A stretch of DNA of 32,000 bases from Candidatus Pelagibacter sp. HTCC7211 (GTDB lineage: Bacteria > Pseudomonadota > Alphaproteobacteria > Pelagibacterales > Pelagibacteraceae), in the NCBI RefSeq assembly GCF_000155895.1, contig NZ_DS995298.1, positions 720,001 through 752,000 on the forward strand. The letters run 5' to 3'. The position numbers and the translations under genes are program-made. How positions within the stretch are numbered: position 1 is the first letter of the stretch; every line of letters begins with the position of its first letter. This document shows positions 1-7,365 of the stretch, one piece after another. The notes under the pieces were generated by a model. It saw nothing but the letters and a program-made list of their open reading frames with translations, ran no database searches and had not been told where the DNA came from.

Positions 1-691
1 TAAAATTATCTTGATCAGGATTATTTTCGTTATTTACCTCTTGAATTTTATAATATGGTAATTCTAAGTTAAAAGGATCTTTCAATAAATTAATTTTTCT
101 GTGTTGACCAGTTGAAATTTCTTTATTTAAATTTACACTTTCATAATTGTTAAAAGCAAAATACTTACAATTTGAATTCTTTAAATTTGTTAAAATTTTT
201 TTAATCATTGGAAGAGGTAAGTGTATAAAGAAATCCCTCATTAATATAAAATCATAATTATTAAATTTATTATATTCCGTTAAATCTTTGCAATAAAATT
301 CAATATTTGAATTTGAATTAAATGTAACTTTATTTTGATTTATTAAATCCTCCACAACATCAATTCCAGTATATTTAATATCTGTTTGAAAAATTTTTTT
401 AATCCAGGCACAATCACCACAAGGGGCATCTAAAATATTTTTAATATTGTTTTCTTTAAAAAATTTTTGAAACTCAAAAATTAAATTATTTGTTTGAATT
501 GAATTGGCTGCTGAACCAGGACCAGAGTAAGATTGATTTGAATCAAATTTTTGGTTTTTATTCCAATGATTTGATTTGTAAATTGAATTAAAGACAATTT
601 TGTTTAATGCTTTTTGACTTACAAATTTTGAAAAAAAATTATTAACAAATATTTTTCTAATCCAATAATATTTGTTTAAATACTTGCTCAA
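1..691 (-). CDS. class I SAM-dependent methyltransferase (partial; the 3' end runs off the window)
   Basis: My own translation of the minus strand gives one uninterrupted frame. It reads ...YYWIRKIFVNNFFSKFVSQKALNKIVFNSIYKSNHWNKNQKFDSNQSYSGPGSAANSIQTNNLIFEFQKFFKENNIKNILDAPCGDCAWIKKIFQTDIKYTGIDVVEDLINQNK... LDAPCGDCAW is a motif-I-like SAM-binding segment. There is no in-frame ATG near the 5' end; the probable start is TTG (complement of 689-691), downstream of an in-frame TAA. The ORF is missing from the supplied track because it is open at the window edge. Confidence 0.55.
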   Translation of the reverse strand, partial: MSKYLNKYYWIRKIFVNNFFSKFVSQKALNKIVFNSIYKSNHWNKNQKFDSNQSYSGPGSAANSIQTNNLIFEFQKFFKENNIKNILDAPCGDCAWIKKIFQTDIKYTGIDVVEDLINQNKVTFNSNSNIEFYCKDLTEYNKFNNYDFILMRDFFIHLPLPMIKKILTNLKNSNCKYFAFNNYESVNLNKEISTGQHRKINLLKDPFNLELPYYKIQEVNNENNPDQDNF

Positions 692-730
692 AATATGAAA
701 TTTTAAAAATTTTAATAAATTAATAGTATA

Positions 731-758
731 TTGAATTAAAATTTAAAAATAGTATAAA
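731..758 (+). promoter_or_regulatory. candidate sigma70-type promoter for the tRNA gene
   Basis: TTGAAT (731-736), a 16-nt spacer, then TATAAA (753-758), about 15 nt upstream of the mature tRNA 5' end. Such hexamers are common by chance in DNA this AT-rich. Confidence 0.25.
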
Positions 759-773
759 ACTCATGTATTATAT

Positions 774-850
774 GGCGGGGTAGCTCAGTTGGTTAGAGCG
801 CAGGACTCATAAGCCTGAGGTCAGTGGTTCGATCCCACTTCCCGCTACCA
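774..850 (+). tRNA. tRNA with CAT anticodon (Met; a lysidine-modified Ile2 cannot be excluded)
   Basis: The sequence is GGCGGGGTAGCTCAGTTGGTTAGAGCGCAGGACTCATAAGCCTGAGGTCAGTGGTTCGATCCCACTTCCCGCTACCA. It folds as a cloverleaf: acceptor stem GGCGGGG/TCCCGCT, D-arm GCTC..GAGC, anticodon loop CTCATAA, T-arm AGTGG-TTCGATC-CCACT, and an encoded CCA. It is a GC-rich island in AT-rich DNA. G1-U72 pairs and there is no GGG/CCC anticodon stem, which argues against an initiator tRNA. Confidence 0.9.
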
Positions 851-851
851 A

Positions 852-1379
852 TTAGTGTCCAGGAAAATTAATTAAATTTTCAACTTCATAGCTTTTTTTA
901 ATTAAATTTTCAGAACCGCCTAAATCAAATAAATTTATAACAAAAACAAAAGCCGCGACCTTTCCTCCTGATATTTCAATTAGTTTAGCTGCAGCTTCAG
1001 CTGTTCCACCAGTTGCTATTAAATCGTCAATAATCAAAACAGTATCTTTTTGATGAATAGAGTCTTTGTGAACCTCTATTGTTGCTGTGCCGTACTCTAA
1101 TTCGAAATCTATAGAATGAACATCCGCTGGTAATTTATTTTTTTTTCTTAACATTATGAATGGTTTTTTTAGTATATAGGAAACAGCTGACGCAAACACA
1201 AAACCTCTAGATTCTATCGCTGCAACTTTTGTAAAACTATATTTTTTTGATCTTTCTACAATTTGATTAATAGTTTCAGCAAAAGCATTTTCATCTTTAA
1301 TTAAAGTCGTGATATCTCTAAATAATATGCCTTTTTTTGGATAATCAGGAATTGAACGAATATAATTTTTTAAATTCAT
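852..1379 (-). CDS. apt: adenine phosphoribosyltransferase
   Basis: 175 aa. It carries the type I PRTase PRPP-binding loop VLIIDDLIATGGTAEAA and the N-terminal IRSIPDYPKKGILFRDIT motif typical of Apt. Confidence 0.93.
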   Translation of the reverse strand: MNLKNYIRSIPDYPKKGILFRDITTLIKDENAFAETINQIVERSKKYSFTKVAAIESRGFVFASAVSYILKKPFIMLRKKNKLPADVHSIDFELEYGTATIEVHKDSIHQKDTVLIIDDLIATGGTAEAAAKLIEISGGKVAAFVFVINLFDLGGSENLIKKSYEVENLINFPGH

Positions 1380-1420
1380 AATTGTAAAATATAAAAGTAT
1401 AAATAATTAAATTTTTAACT

Positions 1421-2293
1421 ATGACAACAAATAAATTAGCAATAATTGGTGGAAGTGGTTTATATGATATTGTAGAATTTAAAGAAAGAGAATTACTTGA
1501 TTTAAATACTCCATGGGGAAAACCATCTGATCAAATTTTAAAGACAATTTATAAGAATAAAGAAGTTTATTTTTTGCCTAGACATGGAAGAGGGCATTAT
1601 GTTTCACCAACAAATATAAATTTTAGAGCAAACATAGATGCACTTAAACAATTAGGTGTTACAGATATTGTTTCAGTATCTGCAGTTGGATCATTGCGAG
1701 AGGATTTACCACCAGGAAAATTTGTAATTGTAGATCAATTTATCGATAGAACATTTTCTAGAATAAAAACTTTCTTTGATGATGAAATTGTTGCTCATGT
1801 TTCTATGGCCCATCCAACTTCAAACGGATTAATGAATGCATGCGAAGAAGCTATAAAAAAATCCAATATAGATTATCAGAAAAATGGCACTTACGTTGTA
1901 ATGGAAGGTCCTCAATTTTCAACCTTGGCTGAGTCTAATTTATATAGGTCGTGGAAGGCAGATGTGATCGGAATGACTAATATGCCAGAGGCAAAATTAG
2001 CAAGAGAAGCAGAAATTAGATACGCATCAGTCTCTATGGTTACAGATTATGATTGCTGGCACCCTGATCACACAAATGTTGATGTTCAGCAAGTGATTAA
2101 AGTTTTATTGAGTAATGCAGAAAAGGCAAAAGATATGATTAAAAATTTAATAAATAATTTTGAAAATTATATTGATCCAAATGATCCAGCTATTAATTGT
2201 TTAGATGTAGCAATTATTACAGCACCAGAAAAAAGAACTCAGAAAACTATAGATAAACTTAAAACAGTTGCTGGAAGAGTTTTAAACAAATGA
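1421..2293 (+). CDS. mtnP: S-methyl-5'-thioadenosine phosphorylase
   Basis: 290 aa. It has the MTAP/PNP-family motifs AIIGGSGLYD, PWGKPSD, FLPRHGRGH and DVIGMTNMPEAKLAREAEI. It overlaps mtnA by 4 bp (ATGA). Confidence 0.9.
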   Translation: MTTNKLAIIGGSGLYDIVEFKERELLDLNTPWGKPSDQILKTIYKNKEVYFLPRHGRGHYVSPTNINFRANIDALKQLGVTDIVSVSAVGSLREDLPPGKFVIVDQFIDRTFSRIKTFFDDEIVAHVSMAHPTSNGLMNACEEAIKKSNIDYQKNGTYVVMEGPQFSTLAESNLYRSWKADVIGMTNMPEAKLAREAEIRYASVSMVTDYDCWHPDHTNVDVQQVIKVLLSNAEKAKDMIKNLINNFENYIDPNDPAINCLDVAIITAPEKRTQKTIDKLKTVAGRVLNK

Positions 2294-3360
2294 AAATTGC
2301 AGGTAAAGAATATAAAACAATTTGGTATGAAAAAAATGTTGTTAAAATAATTGACCAAACCAAACTTCCACATCACTTTAAAATTACAGAACTCAAAACA
2401 GTTAAAGACTCAATTAATGCAATAAAAGAAATGAAGGTAAGAGGGGCTCCTTTAATAGGTGCAACAGCAGCTTATGGAATAGCTTTGGCAATTCAAGAAA
2501 ATAATGACCTTGATTTTATAAAAAAAAGTGCAGAAGAATTAATTCAATCAAGACCTACAGCAATAAATTTAAAATGGGCAGTTGATCGTACGATGAAAAA
2601 TTTATCAGGAATTAATAGTGATCAACTTTTAAATATTACTTTAAATGAAGCTAAAGAAATTTGTGATGAAGATGAAAAATTTTGTGAAAATATAGGTATT
2701 AATGGATTAAAAATAGTTGAGGAAATTTATAACAAAAAAAAAGATACAGTTAATATTTTAACTCATTGTAATGCAGGTTGGCTTGCAACTATTAATTGGG
2801 GCACAGCAACGTCACCAATATATCATGCTCATAAAAAAGGAATTCCAGTTCATATATGGGTTGACGAAACAAGACCAAGGAATCAAGGTGCAAATTTAAC
2901 TTCATATGAATTAAACGAAGAAGAAATTCCAAATACCATAATTGCTGATAACACAGGTGGAATTTTAATGCAAAGAGGTGAGGTGGATATGTGTATTGTT
3001 GGAACTGATAGAACTTTATTTAATGGCGATGTTTGTAATAAAATAGGCACCTATTTAAAAGCATTAGCTGCTTATGATAACAATGTGCCTTTTTATGTTG
3101 CGCTACCAAGTTCAACAATTGATTGGGATATTAAGGATGCAAAAAATATCCCCATTGAAGAGAGAAATTCCGAAGAGTTATCCCACATAGAGGGCATTGA
3201 TGAAAATAATCAAATTAAAAAAGTTTTGATATATCCAAACAAAAGCAGAGCAATGAATTTAGCATTTGATGTAACACCTGCAAAATATGTAACTGGCTTA
3301 ATTACTGAGAGAGGAATTTGTGAAGCTTCTCGTGATGGTTTAAAAAAATTATTTAAATGA
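2290..3360 (+). CDS. mtnA: S-methyl-5-thioribose-1-phosphate isomerase
   Basis: 356 aa of the eIF-2B alpha/beta/delta-like family. Motifs: IIDQTKLPH, VRGAPLIGATAAYG, THCNAG, VDETRPRNQG, GTDR. It overlaps both neighbouring genes by 4 bp. Confidence 0.9.
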   Translation: MKIAGKEYKTIWYEKNVVKIIDQTKLPHHFKITELKTVKDSINAIKEMKVRGAPLIGATAAYGIALAIQENNDLDFIKKSAEELIQSRPTAINLKWAVDRTMKNLSGINSDQLLNITLNEAKEICDEDEKFCENIGINGLKIVEEIYNKKKDTVNILTHCNAGWLATINWGTATSPIYHAHKKGIPVHIWVDETRPRNQGANLTSYELNEEEIPNTIIADNTGGILMQRGEVDMCIVGTDRTLFNGDVCNKIGTYLKALAAYDNNVPFYVALPSSTIDWDIKDAKNIPIEERNSEELSHIEGIDENNQIKKVLIYPNKSRAMNLAFDVTPAKYVTGLITERGICEASRDGLKKLFK

Positions 3361-3989
3361 AAAAATTTAAATCTGAAATAATTAAATATTCAAAGATGCT
3401 GAATAAAAAAAAACTTTCAGCATTAAGATCTGGTAATATTTCTCTTAGATATAAGGAAGGTTTTTTAATAACTCCATCAGGAAAAAAATACTCATCTTTA
3501 AAAGATAAGGATATTGTTTTTGTTTCGCTGGATGGAATTTATGATAAAAAAAAAGGCACTCCATCGTCTGAATGGAAGTTTCATCAAGATATTTATATTA
3601 ACAAAAAAGAAGCAAAAGCAATTGTTCATGCACATTCAACAAATGCTACCGCGGTTTCTACTCACAAGAGAGGCATACCGCCTTTCCATTACATGGTAGC
3701 AATGGCAGGAGGCCACAATATCAAATGTGCAAAATATGCAACCTTTGGAACCAGAAAATTGTCAAATAATATTTTAAAAGCTTTAAAAGACCGTAAAGCT
3801 TGTTTAATTGCAAATCACGGACAGATTGCATTTGAAGAAAATTTATCAAAAGCTTTTGAGTTAGCGGAAGAGGTTGAAAATATATCGCTTCAGTATATAA
3901 CGAGCCTAAAATTGGGTATACCTAAAATTCTTTCAGTTAAAGAAATGAAAAAAGTTTTATCCAAGGCAAAGAATTATAAAAAAGGATAA
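3357..3989 (+). CDS. class II (zinc) aldolase/adducin-family protein, FucA-like; candidate 5-methylthioribulose-1-phosphate aldolase (Ald2-type) rather than the MtnB dehydratase
   Basis: 210 aa. From memory of E. coli FucA, it is near-collinear: SGNISLR, PSSEWKFH (Glu73 position), VHAHS (two zinc-binding His), PPFHYM (Tyr113 position), YATFGTRKLS, NHGQIA (third His). It is the third gene of an overlapping mtnP-mtnA-X operon. Confidence 0.8.
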   Translation: MKKFKSEIIKYSKMLNKKKLSALRSGNISLRYKEGFLITPSGKKYSSLKDKDIVFVSLDGIYDKKKGTPSSEWKFHQDIYINKKEAKAIVHAHSTNATAVSTHKRGIPPFHYMVAMAGGHNIKCAKYATFGTRKLSNNILKALKDRKACLIANHGQIAFEENLSKAFELAEEVENISLQYITSLKLGIPKILSVKEMKKVLSKAKNYKKG

Positions 3990-3993
3990 AAAA

Positions 3994-5034
3994 ATGACTA
4001 AAGTTGGAGAGCATATAACTCTTGACATTATTGGCACAACTAAAGAGTACGATCCTTCCGTATTTGAAAAAGTTATTCATGATATTGCAAAAGCTGCAGA
4101 TGTTACAATTCTAAATATTTCAAAATATAAATTTGAACCTCAAGGTTTTACAATTCTTGCTTTGTTAGCTGAAAGCCATATTAGTTTTCATACTTTTCCA
4201 GAAAAAGGAATTATTAGTTTTGATTTCTTTACATGTGGCAAGGTTAACCCATCAATTGCAATTGAAATTATAAAAAAAGAATTTGAACATACAAGAATAG
4301 TTAAAAAAGAATTTAATAGGGACACTAAATCTCTTTATCATGATATCTATAGTTCACCAGGATTACAAAAATCATATGTTGTTAATGATGTGCTTGAAGA
4401 TTTTAAGTCAAAAGTTGGTCAACACATTGAAATTTTAGATTTAGAGCAATTTGGAAAATCTTTATTTATTGATGGAGAAATTCAAGTAGCCGCCACTGAT
4501 GAACATTTGTATAGCTCAACTTTTGTAGGTGCAGGATTAGAATTAAATAAACAAAGTGAAAGAGCAGCTATTATTGGTGGTGGAGACGGTGGTGTCGCAA
4601 GAGAATGTATATCAAAAGATTTTAGTTTTATAGATTGGTATGAATTAGATCCTGAAGTTGTTGATGTTTGTAATAAACATCTTGGAGATATTGGAAAAAA
4701 AGCTACTGAAAAAAATTCTGTTAAATGTGTGTGGGGTGATGCTTTTGAAAGTATAAAGTCAGTGGAAGATGATACATACGATCATATTTTTGTAGATCTT
4801 AATGATGATCAGTTTTGCATTGATCTTGCAGCCAAAAATATGGACTCAATGATTAGAATTTTAAAACCTAAAGGGGTAATCACTGCTCAGGTTGGAAGCC
4901 AGGATAAAAAACCTAAACAAGTTGATAGTTGGTTGAATGTATTTAACCATCACTTTGGAAACACTAAATTATCAAGAGTTTATATCCCTAGTTTTGATTG
5001 CTCTTGGAATTTTTCATCATCAATAAATCATTAA
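3994..5034 (+). CDS. fusion protein: N-terminal pyruvoyl-dependent S-adenosylmethionine decarboxylase (SpeH/SpeD class 1B), C-terminal spermidine-synthase-like aminopropyltransferase
   Basis: 346 aa. Residues about 1-110 contain LLAESHISFHTFPEKGIISFDFFTCG, with the ES self-cleavage site and proenzyme core. Residues about 115-346 contain FGKSLFIDGEIQVAATDEHLY, IIGGGDGGVAREC and YELDPEVVDV, the aminopropyltransferase/dcSAM-binding motifs. The gene starts 4 bp after the preceding stop codon. Confidence 0.8.
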   Translation: MTKVGEHITLDIIGTTKEYDPSVFEKVIHDIAKAADVTILNISKYKFEPQGFTILALLAESHISFHTFPEKGIISFDFFTCGKVNPSIAIEIIKKEFEHTRIVKKEFNRDTKSLYHDIYSSPGLQKSYVVNDVLEDFKSKVGQHIEILDLEQFGKSLFIDGEIQVAATDEHLYSSTFVGAGLELNKQSERAAIIGGGDGGVARECISKDFSFIDWYELDPEVVDVCNKHLGDIGKKATEKNSVKCVWGDAFESIKSVEDDTYDHIFVDLNDDQFCIDLAAKNMDSMIRILKPKGVITAQVGSQDKKPKQVDSWLNVFNHHFGNTKLSRVYIPSFDCSWNFSSSINH

Positions 5035-5093
5035 TTTTTCTTTTTTAATTATTAAATTTGTGAAATAATCACTCCAATTTAAAGGAGAAAATA

Positions 5094-5945
5094 ATGAATA
5101 TATTCAAAAAAACTATTTTAACAGTTCTTGCTTCTTTATTAGTCATCGGAAATGTTTACGCTGATAAAATAAAGATTGGAACTGAAGGTGCTTATCCTCC
5201 ATGGAACTCTAAAGATGCTTCTGGCAATCTTATTGGTTTTGAGGTTGAGCTAGCTCAAGAACTTTGTGCAATCATGAAAGCTGAGTGTACTATCGTTGAG
5301 CAAGACTGGGATGGAATGATTCCAGCTTTATTAATGAGAAAGTTTGATGCGATTATGGCTGGAATGTCAATTACAGCTGAAAGACAAAAAACAATTACAT
5401 TTTCACAAGGTTATGCAGATGAAGTTGCATCACTTGCAGTTATGAAAGGGTCAAGCTTAGAAGGAATGGATACACCAGAAGGTGTAAACCTAACTTTAGG
5501 TGGATCTTCAGTAAAAAAAGCTTTGAAAACTATCACAGGAGCACTTGCGGGAAAAACTGTTTGTACTCAAACAGGAACAATTCACCAAAACTTTTTAGAA
5601 TCTGGTGATGTTGGTAAAGTGAATGTTAGAACTTACAAAACACAAGATGAAGTAAACTTAGATTTAACATCTGGAAGATGTGATGTTGCTTTAGCTGCGG
5701 CGGTTGCATTTACAGACTATGCTGACAAATCAGGTAAACCAGTTGTATTAGTTGGACCAACTTTTTCAGGTGGAGCATTTGGTAATGGTGTTGGAGTTGG
5801 AATTAGACAAGGTGGTGATGATGCGATTGGTAAAAGAGACGCTAAACTTCTAAAAGATTTCAACAAAGCAATTGATAAAGCTAGAAAAAAAGGAATTATT
5901 AGCAAACTTGCTATTAAGCACTTTGGTTTCGATGCTTCTATGTAA
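5094..5945 (+). CDS. ABC transporter periplasmic substrate-binding protein, polar amino acid/opine family (HisJ/ArgT/OccT-like)
   Basis: 283 aa. It has an N-terminal signal peptide (LTVLASLLVIGNVYA/DK) and the family-3 binding-protein motifs GTEGAYPPW, GFEVELAQELC and DAIMAGMSIT.ER. A strong AAGGAG ribosome-binding site lies upstream. Confidence 0.85.
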   Translation: MNIFKKTILTVLASLLVIGNVYADKIKIGTEGAYPPWNSKDASGNLIGFEVELAQELCAIMKAECTIVEQDWDGMIPALLMRKFDAIMAGMSITAERQKTITFSQGYADEVASLAVMKGSSLEGMDTPEGVNLTLGGSSVKKALKTITGALAGKTVCTQTGTIHQNFLESGDVGKVNVRTYKTQDEVNLDLTSGRCDVALAAAVAFTDYADKSGKPVVLVGPTFSGGAFGNGVGVGIRQGGDDAIGKRDAKLLKDFNKAIDKARKKGIISKLAIKHFGFDASM

Positions 5946-5957
5946 TTAATTTCAGAT

Positions 5958-5984
5958 TTGGCGACTATAATATATAGTCGCCAA
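5958..5984 (+). promoter_or_regulatory. perfect 12-bp stem hairpin between the binding-protein gene and the first permease gene
   Basis: TTGGCGACTATA-ATA-TATAGTCGCCAA. There is no following U-tract. The stem ends 5 nt before the permease ATG (5990), which has no visible Shine-Dalgarno sequence. Confidence 0.5.
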
Positions 5985-5989
5985 TCTAT

Positions 5990-6682
5990 ATGGAACTTCT
6001 CGCATTTGGCAAAACAGGTTGGGGTGATGAATTATTTTACGCAACCTTAATGACTATTGCTGTATCTGTTTCAGCAATGTTAGTTGGATTTGTCTTTGCA
6101 TTAATATTTACACCCTTAAAATTATCTAAATATAAATCGTTAAATTTAATCGGAAATTTTTATACGACAGTTATTCGTGGTGTTCCTGAACTTTTAGTAA
6201 TTTACCTTTTCTTTTTTGGAGGAAGTGGAGCAATTATGTATGTGGCCTCAATTTTTGGTTATTATGAATATATTGAAATTAATGCGTTTATTACTGGTTC
6301 ATTAGCAATTGGTATCATTTCTGGCGCTTATTCAACTGAAGTTTTTCGTGGAGCGATACAATCAATAGATAAAGGTCAGTTTGAAGCTGCAAAAGTTCTT
6401 GGTGTCAGTAAATTTGCTCAGTTTTATAAAATAATTTTACCTCAAATGCTAAGACTAGCAATTCCAAATTTGAGTAACGTTTGGCAAATTACTTTAAAAG
6501 ACACATCTCTTATCTCAGTAACAGGATTAGTTGAGATTATGAGACAATCTTATATTGCAGCAGGTTCTACTAGAGATCCATTATTCTTTTACTCATTTGC
6601 TGCTGTTTTATATTTATCGCTAACTTATTTAAGCATGAAACTGATCAATAAATTAGAAGTAAAATATAGTAGGGGTTATTAA
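5990..6682 (+). CDS. ABC transporter permease, polar amino acid family (HisQ/OccQ-like)
   Basis: 230 aa, multi-pass membrane protein. It has an EAA-loop-like segment, DKGQFEAAKVLGVSKFAQFYKIILPQ. It overlaps the next gene by 1 nt (TAATG). Confidence 0.85.
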   Translation: MELLAFGKTGWGDELFYATLMTIAVSVSAMLVGFVFALIFTPLKLSKYKSLNLIGNFYTTVIRGVPELLVIYLFFFGGSGAIMYVASIFGYYEYIEINAFITGSLAIGIISGAYSTEVFRGAIQSIDKGQFEAAKVLGVSKFAQFYKIILPQMLRLAIPNLSNVWQITLKDTSLISVTGLVEIMRQSYIAAGSTRDPLFFYSFAAVLYLSLTYLSMKLINKLEVKYSRGY

Positions 6683-7356
6683 TGGATTTTGATTTAATGG
6701 TTACTAGTTTTCCAAAATTGCTAAGTGCTACTGTAATTACATTAAAACTTTTATCTGTATCTTTAATCGCAGGGATGTTCCTAGGTTTATTTTTTGCTGT
6801 TTTAAGAATGAACAATAATATTTTTATTAATAAATTTGCTTATGGATATTCTTATGTTTTTAGAGGAACACCTCTTTTAGTTCAAATTTTTATTATTTAT
6901 TTTGGTTTAGGACAAATAGAATATCTAAGATCTACATTTATATGGGTAATATTAAAAGAGCCATATTGGTGCGCAATCATAGCTTTTGCTTTAAATACTG
7001 GTGCTTATACATCTGAGATATTAAGGTCAGCATTTCAAACAATTAAACCAGGTATAATAGAAGCAGGCAAAAGTCTGGGAATTTCAAACAAAATTATTTT
7101 TTATAAAATTCAGATACCAATAGCAATTAGACAATCTTTACCCGCTTATGGTAACGAGATAATTTTAATGATGAAAGGAACCTCTTTAGCAAGCACAGTA
7201 ACTTTAATGGACCTAACAGGTGTAGCTAAATATATCATTTCAACAACATTTAAACCAATTGAAGTTTTTATTGTTGCTGGGGGAATTTATTTATTTATGA
7301 CTTTTTTAATTCACAATTTAATTAAATATTTAGAAAAGAAGTATAGTTTTCAATAG
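6682..7356 (+). CDS. ABC transporter permease, polar amino acid family (HisM/OccM-like)
   Basis: 224 aa, multi-pass membrane protein. EAA-loop segment: IEAGKSLGISNKIIFYKIQIPIAIRQSLP. Confidence 0.85.
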   Translation: MDFDLMVTSFPKLLSATVITLKLLSVSLIAGMFLGLFFAVLRMNNNIFINKFAYGYSYVFRGTPLLVQIFIIYFGLGQIEYLRSTFIWVILKEPYWCAIIAFALNTGAYTSEILRSAFQTIKPGIIEAGKSLGISNKIIFYKIQIPIAIRQSLPAYGNEIILMMKGTSLASTVTLMDLTGVAKYIISTTFKPIEVFIVAGGIYLFMTFLIHNLIKYLEKKYSFQ

Positions 7357-7365
7357 AAATTAAAT

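Noticed and set aside
692-851. A tRNA-associated genomic island or integration site
   Set aside because: There is no integrase, no direct repeat of the tRNA 3' end, and no compositional shift. The flanking genes are ordinary housekeeping genes.
1380-1420. A SAM or other riboswitch upstream of the MTA/methionine-related operon (also considered for 10595-10788 and 21491-21646)
   Set aside because: The 41-bp spacer is too short for any known riboswitch aptamer. In the longer spacers I could not recognise conserved cores of the SAM-II/SAM-V, glycine or other classes by eye. A covariance-model scan would be needed to exclude them formally.
3357-3989. Labelling the class II aldolase-family gene as mtnB (methylthioribulose-1-phosphate dehydratase) from its context
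   Set aside because: The sequence resembles FucA-type aldolases much more than MtnB as I recall them, and no downstream salvage genes follow. I kept only the family-level call with the aldolase hypothesis. A definitive assignment needs phylogeny or an assay.
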